Shown here: one piece after another, positions 1 through 7,398 of the stretch
Layout: each line of letters begins with the position of its first letter
Position numbering within the stretch: position 1 is the first letter of the stretch
IMG/VR virus record: IMGVR_UViG_3300009187_000024
Reading direction: 5' to 3' (one strand)
Origin: an uncultured virus (IMG/VR IMGVR_UViG_3300009187_000024)
Lineage: Duplodnaviria; Heunggongvirae; Uroviricota; Caudoviricetes
DNA length: 20,000 bases
Position numbers and translations under genes: made by a program
The notes under the pieces: generated by a model
What the model was told of the DNA's origin: nothing
Databases searched by the model: none
Seen by the model: only the letters and a program-made list of their open reading frames with translations

Positions 1-924
1 CATCGCGAGAGAAACTGATCCTCGACTAGATTCTGGAACGTAGAATAGCATATAGCCACCACCACCAGCACCAAGTAACTTACCACCGAGCGCACCAGCA
101 CTTATACCTCTCTGATACATGAAATCAATATCAGAGTTTGAGATTTTGTTTGATAACTTCTTTTTGGTTTTCCAGGCTTCGTCTAACAAAGCTCCGAAGT
201 CATCGATCTTGTTTTTTACCAGATAACCGAGTGCCTGTTTAGCGAGGTATACCAATCTGGTTGTATTATCGAACGCGTCAACATCGTTACTGATGTTATT
301 GACCTGATCAGAAAGGATATCCGTGGTGTTTCTACTTATGCCTGTAGAATAACACATAAGGTTGTCATTCAACTTACGAAGAACTGATGCCCCAATATTA
401 AGCGGAGTAACTTCAACTCCGGATGAATCGAACCGGATAACGTTGAACCCACCATATGCTGCTGCATACTGATCTTGCTTGCCAATTGGTTCGTCGCAGA
501 GATCGATTTCAATCTCACAAGCAGCCTCCGCAAGATCTCTCTTGTTATGAAGTAGAACCTTATGAGCATACAACGCTTTCAACAACCCTACGGTGAAAGT
601 CGAAGAAGAACCAAGACCCGTACCCTTTGTAGGAACATCGGAGAAACTACAAATCTCGATGTTGTTTTTGATATTGAAATATTTTAAGGCTTCTCTGATA
701 CGATTGTGTCTTAACTGTTCAACCTTGTCAACAACTTCCATTTCTGAATAGACAGCTCTAATGTGATTAGTTTGACACTTGTTTAGAGCAATCTGTATAT
801 TCTTATCGATGGTAGTCGAAATGACCATCCCAGGATTTTTAGTGACACATTGATTGTAATACTGTGGAATATCTGATCCCCCTCCGAAGAAACTAACTCG
901 GAGGGGTGTTGTTGATACTATCAT
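1..924 (-). CDS. hddA: GHMP-family sugar kinase, HddA-like (D-glycero-alpha-D-manno-heptose 7-phosphate kinase); partial, runs off the window start
   Basis: Not in the ORF track; translated by hand from the ATG at 924 (ATGA overlap with the glycosyltransferase stop): MIVSTTPLRVSFFGGGSDIP...SDVPTKGTGLGSSSTFTVG...PIGKQDQYAAAYGG...GALGGKLLGAGGGGYMLF. These are GHMP motifs I-III, and PLRxSFxGGGxD and GKQDQY are typical of HddA. Open to base 1. Confidence 0.88.
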   Translation of the reverse strand, partial: MIVSTTPLRVSFFGGGSDIPQYYNQCVTKNPGMVISTTIDKNIQIALNKCQTNHIRAVYSEMEVVDKVEQLRHNRIREALKYFNIKNNIEICSFSDVPTKGTGLGSSSTFTVGLLKALYAHKVLLHNKRDLAEAACEIEIDLCDEPIGKQDQYAAAYGGFNVIRFDSSGVEVTPLNIGASVLRKLNDNLMCYSTGISRNTTDILSDQVNNISNDVDAFDNTTRLVYLAKQALGYLVKNKIDDFGALLDEAWKTKKKLSNKISNSDIDFMYQRGISAGALGGKLLGAGGGGYMLFYVPESSRGSVSLAM

Positions 925-1907
925 GTGCTATATTTGAACATCTTCTTAGGGATGCCTCTGGAACCGACTGGATACTGTTCCTTTAGAGAAGTAAGCATGT
1001 CCTGCCACTGACGAGCGATCTTGTTTATGTTGAATCGATTGTCGGCGTAGGACTTCACATAACGTAGGTAGTTCTGTGTACTTCCTTCATGAACAACGCT
1101 GATAGCTTGGTCTAGAAGATGATAGAACTTATTGGCATGAACATTTGCATTTTCTTCGAACTGATACATTGAAGTCAGATTACCGGAAGTATCAGAAAGA
1201 CCAGCAAGGTTAGGGTGCAGACAAAGAGCGCCAGCACTCATTGATTCAATAAGAGCTCGGCTATTACATTCTTGCCAAATAGAAGGATACGCAAAGATGT
1301 GAGCCTTCTGTTGAGCTTCTCTGACTACTTCGTTAGGAGCGAACCCATGATAAGTGATCTGTGGATGATTCTTACAGGTTTCAAATAATTCCTTGAATTG
1401 TTCGTCCGCTCCATCCCATCCGTAGATTGAGAAACTTGAAAACACGTCGAGATGGATATTTTTTCTGTGCTTCGCGAGCTCCACGAAAACTGGTACGAGA
1501 AGAGCCAATCCTCTTTGAGGAGTGCTTGTGTAGATGAGTCTGACTTCATCCTTGCTCTTTTCCTTATACTCAATTGGCTCAATCGGAGTGTCAATAACTG
1601 CGCACTTATCGTTCGACGGAATACTCAAAGTGTTAAGGTATTGATTGTATTGCCAGTGACCACAAAAGACCATCTTATGAAAACGGTCTCGGCTGGCAGT
1701 ATCCTTTAGATGATTGGTTTCTGGATCCTGGGGAAGATCGTGCAACCAATACACTCTAATCTTGTCTTCCTCAATATTTCTAACTCTAGAGCAGATAATC
1801 TGAAACTCGTCAGCTAGACCCTCTGGCATACGCGCGGCGATCGCGCGCTTAACCATTTCAGTTCCACCAAAAGACTTGGTAGAGATTTCATTTTCCTCGA
1901 ACGCCAT
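921..1907 (-). CDS. Glycosyltransferase, GT-B fold (GT4/Glycos_transf_1-like)
   Basis: N-terminal GGTE, YTSTPQRGL, and C-terminal FAYPSIWQECNSRALIESMSAG containing the E-X7-E motif of retaining GT-B enzymes. Confidence 0.85.
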   Translation of the reverse strand: MAFEENEISTKSFGGTEMVKRAIAARMPEGLADEFQIICSRVRNIEEDKIRVYWLHDLPQDPETNHLKDTASRDRFHKMVFCGHWQYNQYLNTLSIPSNDKCAVIDTPIEPIEYKEKSKDEVRLIYTSTPQRGLALLVPVFVELAKHRKNIHLDVFSSFSIYGWDGADEQFKELFETCKNHPQITYHGFAPNEVVREAQQKAHIFAYPSIWQECNSRALIESMSAGALCLHPNLAGLSDTSGNLTSMYQFEENANVHANKFYHLLDQAISVVHEGSTQNYLRYVKSYADNRFNINKIARQWQDMLTSLKEQYPVGSRGIPKKMFKYST

Positions 1908-2880
1908 TACGATACTCCCACGCAGATTTGATCATTATGTCTAAGTCATAGTGTTTATACTGGTATTGAAACCCAGTTGTTCTTATAAATTTGTTAGGAT
2001 TTGCGACTAGGAACGGCGGATCGCCTACTCTCCTAACACCGACTCTGTATTCAACTTTCCTACAAAGGTTGTTGAACATCTCGACGATATCTAGAACGGA
2101 GGTTCCTGTTTCGGTTCCTAGATTGAACTTCAAGGAACAAGGATCCTTGTCGTCGCTAAGGTATTTATCAGCGTGGATTAGAGCTCTACAAACATCGACA
2201 ACATGTAAGTAGTCTCGAACACAAGTACCATCTCTGGTGTCATAGTCGTCACCATGAATAACAAACGGTGTATCGCCCATTATGGCTTTGTCACAAAGTT
2301 TGTTGATGATGTGGGGAGTATCTGGTTGCTGCCCAACGTCGCCATAAGCACCAATGACGTTGAAGAATCTAAACGAAGCTACTCTCAATTTTTTGACTTC
2401 GTAGCAAGCATCAATCATCTGCTCACACCAGAGCTTCGAAAGACCATAGTTGTTCGGGGGGCTGATTCTACTTGCTTCAGTTACAACCTTATCAGTTTCA
2501 TCGTAAACCGCTGCTGTGCTTGCAAAGATAAGTTTATGTGTAGGCTTCAAATTTTGTAGAAGTTTGAGAGTCTTAGATGTGTTGTTCTCGAAGTATTCAA
2601 GAGGTAAATACGCGCTAGGTCCCAGTAAGCTACTCGCAGCAAGATGAAAGACAGTTGCTTCGGGATAATCTTTGAATACTTGCCTCGCGGGAGCGCTGGA
2701 AAAACAGTCGCCAAGGAACTCATCACAATACTTTGTTCTTGTCTTGTTTGTCATCCAACATTTTAGCGCATCGGGGTCGTTGTCAATTCCGACAACGTAG
2801 TAGTCATTTTCTTTTAGGAATTTAGTAAGAACTGAGCCGATATAACCAAACGACCCAGTTACTATAGCTACAGGTTTCAT
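1888..2880 (-). CDS. galE: NAD-dependent epimerase, UDP-glucose 4-epimerase (GalE)-like extended SDR
   Basis: TGSFGYIG (GxxGxxG), HLAA, FASTAAVY, YGLSK (YxxxK), RFFNV, DGTCVRDYLHVVD, FNLGT, RRVGDP. The exact substrate cannot be determined from sequence alone. Confidence 0.85.
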   Translation of the reverse strand: MKPVAIVTGSFGYIGSVLTKFLKENDYYVVGIDNDPDALKCWMTNKTRTKYCDEFLGDCFSSAPARQVFKDYPEATVFHLAASSLLGPSAYLPLEYFENNTSKTLKLLQNLKPTHKLIFASTAAVYDETDKVVTEASRISPPNNYGLSKLWCEQMIDACYEVKKLRVASFRFFNVIGAYGDVGQQPDTPHIINKLCDKAIMGDTPFVIHGDDYDTRDGTCVRDYLHVVDVCRALIHADKYLSDDKDPCSLKFNLGTETGTSVLDIVEMFNNLCRKVEYRVGVRRVGDPPFLVANPNKFIRTTGFQYQYKHYDLDIMIKSAWEYRNGVRGK

Positions 2881-3479
2881 CTCTTCAGATACACCGCATT
2901 GATAGATGTCATACGACCAAAGTTTTCAAGCGGATCAACTCGCGTGAAACCATGGTCATTATGTAAAGAATCCCACCAAGGTTCATCCTTTAGTGTAACG
3001 TGATATCCTTCATCTGGGAATGTAGCAATACCAACAGTAAAGATACCACCTTGCTTTAGGTGATTATTGATGTTTGTAAGTACTTGAACCAAGTCGGCTT
3101 CATGAATGTGTTCAAGCACATCGAATGCCGAAATAACATCAAACTCGATACGATTACCTTCGTCGTCTAGAACTTCAAATGGTTTGGTGATATCAGCAGT
3201 GAACAGATTATTCGGAATCTTTGGCCATTCGCCATGTTCATTCTTTCTGCCATAATCACTACCTTCGATACCAACAGCAAGAATATCATTCTTCAAGAAC
3301 TGAGAAACAAACCCACCACCAGCACAACCAAGATCCATGTAACGCATATCAGGTCCAAACCTACGGATAAGTTCTCTCACATATGCGCCATTTTTAGTAT
3401 TATCTTGTTTTGTGCCATTAGGAACGATGTGATCATGACTCTCGTAAGCAATCGGGAAATCAGTAACAACTCTAACCAT
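2877..3479 (-). CDS. Class I SAM-dependent methyltransferase
   Basis: Motif I MDLGCAGGGF, GIEGS, ADIT, FDVISAFDVLEHI, LKQGGIF. Confidence 0.85.
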   Translation of the reverse strand: MVRVVTDFPIAYESHDHIVPNGTKQDNTKNGAYVRELIRRFGPDMRYMDLGCAGGGFVSQFLKNDILAVGIEGSDYGRKNEHGEWPKIPNNLFTADITKPFEVLDDEGNRIEFDVISAFDVLEHIHEADLVQVLTNINNHLKQGGIFTVGIATFPDEGYHVTLKDEPWWDSLHNDHGFTRVDPLENFGRMTSINAVYLKR

Positions 3480-3879
3480 TTTTAATTCTTCTCCTCAATT
3501 CAGAACTACTCCAAGTGTGATATCTCGGAATCAAAATAATCTCTATGTTTCGTTCTCTACAAATTTCCATACCAGTGTAAGATCTGAAAGCGTAATCTGA
3601 ACCTATGAATCTTTTATTGATATTCGCGGTTGATAAAAAATTCACTAGATCTAACTCCGTGTCATACGGAAAGATATCGTTGACAGCATTCAGAGCGCCT
3701 AGCTGAATGTGTCTTTCTAAAGTAGACTGCACGGGTTTGTTCTTTTCCGGACGATCAATAGTTGGGTCAGTATGCAACCCAACAACCAAATAGTCACATT
3801 GTTTCGCGGCACTATTCAAAAGATGAACGTGACCGGGATGTAGTAGGTCAAATGCGCCGCAAGTGAATCCTACTACCAT
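3472..3879 (-). CDS. Cytidylyltransferase-family nucleotidyltransferase (TagD/HldE-domain-II-like)
   Basis: GFTCGAFDLLHPGHV (HxGH), LVVGL, GSDY, and C-terminal WSSSELRRRI. Confidence 0.88.
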   Translation of the reverse strand: MVVGFTCGAFDLLHPGHVHLLNSAAKQCDYLVVGLHTDPTIDRPEKNKPVQSTLERHIQLGALNAVNDIFPYDTELDLVNFLSTANINKRFIGSDYAFRSYTGMEICRERNIEIILIPRYHTWSSSELRRRIKNG

Positions 3880-4262
3880 CAGTTAGTTTCCATAGTAGCC
3901 TGACGCTTCAGGAAAGCTCGACGTAGAGACTTCGCGTCAAAATACTTCACAATCAAATCTTCTACGATACGTTCGTCGAATGTCTTACAGCTGAACACAT
4001 CGAGGTAAATCTCTCGATCCTGATTAGCGAAATGCGCGCAGATATTGCTAGTTTCAATCAGCTGAACAAGGCTGTAGCCTTCCTTGTTACCAGTACCGAA
4101 TTTAACAATCTGTGGTTCGCCATACGCAACCATGTCAATATCATTGACAAGCTGCTTATTGAAATTGTAGATATTGTCATAGCTGGTCATCTTCTCGATG
4201 TCACAACCAGCGGCATCCACGATAGCGTGATAACCCCAGTAACGTTCACTCATTCCATTCAT
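3879..4262 (-). CDS. speD: Pyruvoyl-dependent S-adenosylmethionine decarboxylase (SpeD/SpeH)-like proenzyme
   Basis: GYHAIVDAAGC, GYSLVQLIETSNICAHF (self-cleavage Ser region), YLDVFSCK. The start could be the ATG at 4253, which is better spaced from AAGGA. Confidence 0.8.
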   Translation of the reverse strand: MNGMSERYWGYHAIVDAAGCDIEKMTSYDNIYNFNKQLVNDIDMVAYGEPQIVKFGTGNKEGYSLVQLIETSNICAHFANQDREIYLDVFSCKTFDERIVEDLIVKYFDAKSLRRAFLKRQATMETN

Positions 4263-4267
4263 TCCTT

Positions 4268-4543
4268 CTAGTAAGCACCCTTGACTTCGCAGTAAAAAAC
4301 AGAATCAATTCGGAAAGAACGCCAACCGTTCTCGCCCAGATCCCAAACTGCGATAACGTCGGGATTTTCTTTATGGAAAGTCTTCTCTTCAGTTTGCTCT
4401 TCGAGACTACGCTGGTAGCTCTCCGGTAACATATGTTTCTGAAGAGTGCAACGCATGATGCGATTCTCTCCATTAGCCTTTGTGAAATGAACTTCAAGCA
4501 CTTGGCTACGAAGATCCTTCAGCAAGGTGTCACGCTGGTACAT
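4268..4543 (-). CDS. Conserved T4-like phage protein (WYL_2/SH3-like beta-barrel type)
   Basis: FTKANGENRIMRCTL and VWDLGENGWRSFR pattern recalled from T4-like phages; AGGAG RBS upstream. Confidence 0.6.
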   Translation of the reverse strand: MYQRDTLLKDLRSQVLEVHFTKANGENRIMRCTLQKHMLPESYQRSLEEQTEEKTFHKENPDVIAVWDLGENGWRSFRIDSVFYCEVKGAY

Positions 4544-4553
4544 AATATAGCTC

Positions 4554-4808
4554 CTAACCGTTCAATTGAATCTGAGAATCATTTATAGAATTCAGATGTT
4601 CCCTAAGCTGAGTATAACCCCCAATATACATACCGTCAAGCACTATTATTGGAAAAGACTTAGCTTCCGGGAACTTTTCTAGGATTTGTTCTCTTGAGAA
4701 ATGTCTACCAAGTTTATGTTCGCTGTAAAGAATTTGTTTGTCCCATAGAGCAATCTTAGCCCTCTGACAATATGGACAATCTTCTTTCGTATATAGCTCG
4801 ACGAACAT
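4554..4808 (-). CDS. nrdC: Glutaredoxin (NrdC-like)
   Basis: YTKEDCPYC active site, cis-Pro motif SFPII, YIGGY. Confidence 0.9.
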   Translation of the reverse strand: MFVELYTKEDCPYCQRAKIALWDKQILYSEHKLGRHFSREQILEKFPEAKSFPIIVLDGMYIGGYTQLREHLNSINDSQIQLNG

Positions 4809-5269
4809 CAGCTGATTGTTTCCATAGCAGCCGCGCGAAGAGTAGTATATACAGCGTCTCCGTCGCTCAGACTCCGAAAGTAATTCGAATATTTGTCAAC
4901 AGCTTCTGTTTCGTGGGTAGCCTGAACCAGACGGAACTGCTTTGCTACAACCGAACCTCTACCTAACTCCCGTGGTGACATCTGCACTTCACCTTCAACA
5001 AGATAAAGTTTCGGTTGTCCGATTAAAGCATCAGACCGCTGAACTTGAGATGTTAGAATCGGGCTTGGTAGCGGTTCTGATGGAGGAACCATCAGCGCAG
5101 CATCTTGAGTCGATAAAGTCCAGGCTGGTTGCTCGTTCCTTACAACTGTATACGCAGTATTCTGATACGAATTATCAAACATTCCATCGTCTCGTTCGTA
5201 ATCGAACTCTACAGGCTCGACAACTTCATTAACAGTAGTCTTGTTCTTTGAACCCTTGGGTCTTGGCAT
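4808..5269 (-). CDS. Hypothetical protein with N-terminal AT-hook-like motif
   Basis: Start revised to the ATG at 5269 (AGGAG at 5276-5280; removes the overlap with clpP). Begins MPRPKGSKNK. Confidence 0.65.
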   Translation of the reverse strand: MPRPKGSKNKTTVNEVVEPVEFDYERDDGMFDNSYQNTAYTVVRNEQPAWTLSTQDAALMVPPSEPLPSPILTSQVQRSDALIGQPKLYLVEGEVQMSPRELGRGSVVAKQFRLVQATHETEAVDKYSNYFRSLSDGDAVYTTLRAAAMETIS

Positions 5270-5279
5270 AATCTTCTCC

Positions 5280-5825
5280 TTAATAAAATTCAACAATTTC
5301 ATCTGCGATTCCATATTTCACAGCTTCTTGGGCACTCAGCCAGACGTCTTCTGGAGGTAAGAGATACTTTCTGACCTCTTTTTCACTCAACCCTGTGCAC
5401 TTTATATAGTGATCTATAAATCGTCTGGAAATATTGTGGATCTCTTTTGATCTAGCCATCAACTCATGTTCTTTTCCCCAGAAGATCGAGGAGAACTGAT
5501 GGCTAAGAATACTTGTGTTTTCCGTTATGTAACGATGACCTTTTTTACCAGCGATGAACGCCAGTAGCCCACAGCTTGATATCTCTCCTAGACCGTAAGT
5601 GTAAATCGGTATACGAGAGCCTTTCATTACATCAATCAGGCTGAAAGCTGCGGGTAATTCGCCACCAGGAGAGTTGAAAATAATCTTCATGAACTTCGGT
5701 GCAGTCTTCATCAAGTTACGTTCGATGATGAACTTGATCGCGTTAGAAGTAGTTTCGTTAGTGAAATCTTGATGGAACAAATAGTAATTATGATCCTCTA
5801 GAGTCTTCTTTTCGTCTTTCGTCAT
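5280..5825 (-). CDS. clpP: ClpP-like serine protease subunit
   Basis: FNSPGG, GLGEISSCG (catalytic Ser position), ILSHQ (His), EDVWLSAQEAVKYGIADEI (Asp). The triad appears intact. Confidence 0.88.
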   Translation of the reverse strand: MTKDEKKTLEDHNYYLFHQDFTNETTSNAIKFIIERNLMKTAPKFMKIIFNSPGGELPAAFSLIDVMKGSRIPIYTYGLGEISSCGLLAFIAGKKGHRYITENTSILSHQFSSIFWGKEHELMARSKEIHNISRRFIDHYIKCTGLSEKEVRKYLLPPEDVWLSAQEAVKYGIADEIVEFY

Positions 5826-5840
5826 ATCGATCCTCGCTGT

Positions 5841-6356
5841 TTACATTATCTCAACTCGCAGAACCATTATTCCGGTACGCTCGAACCCGAGAGCTCTAGC
5901 AGAACCAAGAGAAAGATCAAACTCTCTACCTCTTATATATGGTCCTCTGTCATTCACTCTAACTGTTACACTCTGCCCATTATCGGGATTAGTGAATCTT
6001 ACAATTGTGCCGAATGGTAGAGAGCGGTGGGCGACAGTTAAACCCAGAGGGTTGTATTGTTCACCATTGGCAGTTACTCTACCATGTCTATACCAAGATG
6101 CTTTTGCGTTGTACCTTCGTACGATGCGTCGTTCCTTGGCGGCAGCGTTGTTGTCGCTTACCTCTTGAATATGAGCGTTATTAGTTTCAACTGTTGCAAC
6201 CATAGGGGTTGCTTCAATCGTATCAGCTTGTGGGCTGACAACACGTTCCTCCGTCAAAATGTTTTCACGTGCAATATTGTTATTTTGTGCTGCGCCAGAG
6301 ATGCAGCATAGTAAAACGCTCAAACTCAAAAGCGCGACTAGTGTGCGCTTTAGCAA
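5841..6356 (-). CDS. rlpA: RlpA-like lytic transglycosylase (DPBB domain) with N-terminal signal peptide
   Basis: ASWY, TANGE, AHRSLPFGT, VRVNDRGPY, FDLS motifs; hydrophobic N-terminus; TTG start with AGGAG RBS; no SPOR domain. Confidence 0.85.
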   Translation of the reverse strand: MLKRTLVALLSLSVLLCCISGAAQNNNIARENILTEERVVSPQADTIEATPMVATVETNNAHIQEVSDNNAAAKERRIVRRYNAKASWYRHGRVTANGEQYNPLGLTVAHRSLPFGTIVRFTNPDNGQSVTVRVNDRGPYIRGREFDLSLGSARALGFERTGIMVLRVEIM

Positions 6357-6426
6357 AGTTTGATCTCCTAATTTTGATTAACGGGTTAAACCCATTCCCG
6401 CAGTATGCGGTCGCGAAAGCATTTGG

Positions 6427-6434
6427 TATTTATG
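6427..6434 (-). promoter_or_regulatory. Candidate T4-type late promoter (CATAAATA)
   Basis: 7/8 match to TATAAATA at a gene junction, about 70 nt upstream of the RlpA-like gene. Confidence 0.5.
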
Positions 6435-6897
6435 CTGCCGCCAGACCCTTGTAACGATCCGCAGCAATACTAGCTGCAAAAGCAAAAGGCTTAACCTTCG
6501 GCTCGATGTTACAAGTACCTATGATGTAACCGATTGCTTGAGTAACGACGCATGAAGAGCCGTAACGTTCATCGGGGTTGATATCAAGGTGAAGCTCGCA
6601 GAATCTGTCTCCAATAGCTTCCTGGAGTTTGTAGTACAGTTCCTGAACCTTGTATGCTTCGTTCATCAACCTAAGTGCTGGTCGACTTACCTTACGATCG
6701 TAATCTAGCTCTCTGGTTACTTCGCCAAAGATCCTACAACCGTGTTTGCCATCGATATGAACAACTACGACCGTAGCATAATCAGCATACCACTTTCCCT
6801 TGAGCTTGAATCTTTCGGAATCTGATCCGATGTAGATCTTCGATGTTGGCGAGCAGGTTTCGATATAGGCTATTACTTCGTTCATGTTCATATTCAT
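6430..6897 (-). CDS. YkuK/DUF458-like RNase H-fold protein
   Basis: IYIGSDS, RLMNEA, LHLDIN and AASIAAD supply the acidic residues typical of the YkuK family. Confidence 0.75.
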   Translation of the reverse strand: MNMNMNEVIAYIETCSPTSKIYIGSDSERFKLKGKWYADYATVVVVHIDGKHGCRIFGEVTRELDYDRKVSRPALRLMNEAYKVQELYYKLQEAIGDRFCELHLDINPDERYGSSCVVTQAIGYIIGTCNIEPKVKPFAFAASIAADRYKGLAAA

Positions 6898-6925
6898 GAC
6901 ACTACTTCTTTCTATTATTTTGCTG

Positions 6926-7366
6926 CTATCCCAGTAACCTTATTATACTAGATTCCTGGGAGAAGTCAAGCTTTTTTACATGTGATCTGTGAATCTTGCA
7001 CATGATAAAATCGTTATAATACTTATCAGTTTCGAGAACTGAGCATTGAAACTGGAATTTTGCTTCCCAGTAATTACATTCACCTTTACTCTTACAAAAC
7101 ATTAGAATCTCTCGGGAGAACTTGTCTTCGCCTAGAGCTTCAACATCGGCTATGAGAGTTTTGTTAGAACCCCAATACTTCTTCCAGTCTGACTCGACAA
7201 GGATTTTTTTCTTTTTACCCTTGACGATCTTACTCCTTCTGAACTTCAGAAGCTTCTTACCGATGTATTTCTTATTATCAATCAAGTTAGTAATGCAGTA
7301 AACGAAACCGACGTAATCATCTAGAACAGTTTCATCTACAGGCTGCGATTCGAAAATCCATGACAT
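6926..7366 (-). CDS. GIY-YIG family nuclease (short, T4-like conserved type)
   Basis: GFVYCITNLIDNKKYIGKK (GIY...YIG), WKKYWGS, FSREIL, catalytic-type E in YWEAK, YYN. Confidence 0.78.
   Translation of the reverse strand: MSWIFESQPVDETVLDDYVGFVYCITNLIDNKKYIGKKLLKFRRSKIVKGKKKKILVESDWKKYWGSNKTLIADVEALGEDKFSREILMFCKSKGECNYWEAKFQFQCSVLETDKYYNDFIMCKIHRSHVKKLDFSQESSIIRLLG
6942..6970 (-). promoter_or_regulatory. Sigma70-like early/middle promoter TTGACT-N16-TATAAT
   Basis: Minus strand reads CTTGACTTCTCCCAGGAATCTAGTATAAT, about 45 nt upstream of the YkuK-like gene. Confidence 0.65.
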
Positions 7367-7398
7367 AGAGAGGCATCCTTTTAACCCCTCTACTTATA
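7365..7398 (-). promoter_or_regulatory. Late promoter variant (TATAAGTA, 7391-7398) overlapping a hairpin that occludes the start codon
   Basis: Minus strand reads TATAAG-TAGAGGGG-TTAAAAGGATG-CCTCTCTA-TG; the 8-bp stem includes the A of the AUG. Confidence 0.6.

Noticed and set aside
369..569. 66-aa minus-strand ORF from the track
   Set aside because: It is an alternative frame inside the HddA-like kinase CDS (1-924), which the track missed because it runs off the window.
1952..2169. 7/8 late-promoter matches inside the epimerase gene (TATAAACA at 1952-1959, GATAAATA at 2162-2169)
   Set aside because: One-mismatch octamers are expected by chance in AT-rich coding DNA and have no independent support.
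6926..7366. GIY-YIG gene as a mobile Seg-type homing endonuclease
   Set aside because: At 146 aa it has no evident C-terminal DNA-binding domain, so mobility is not supported; kept as a CDS only.
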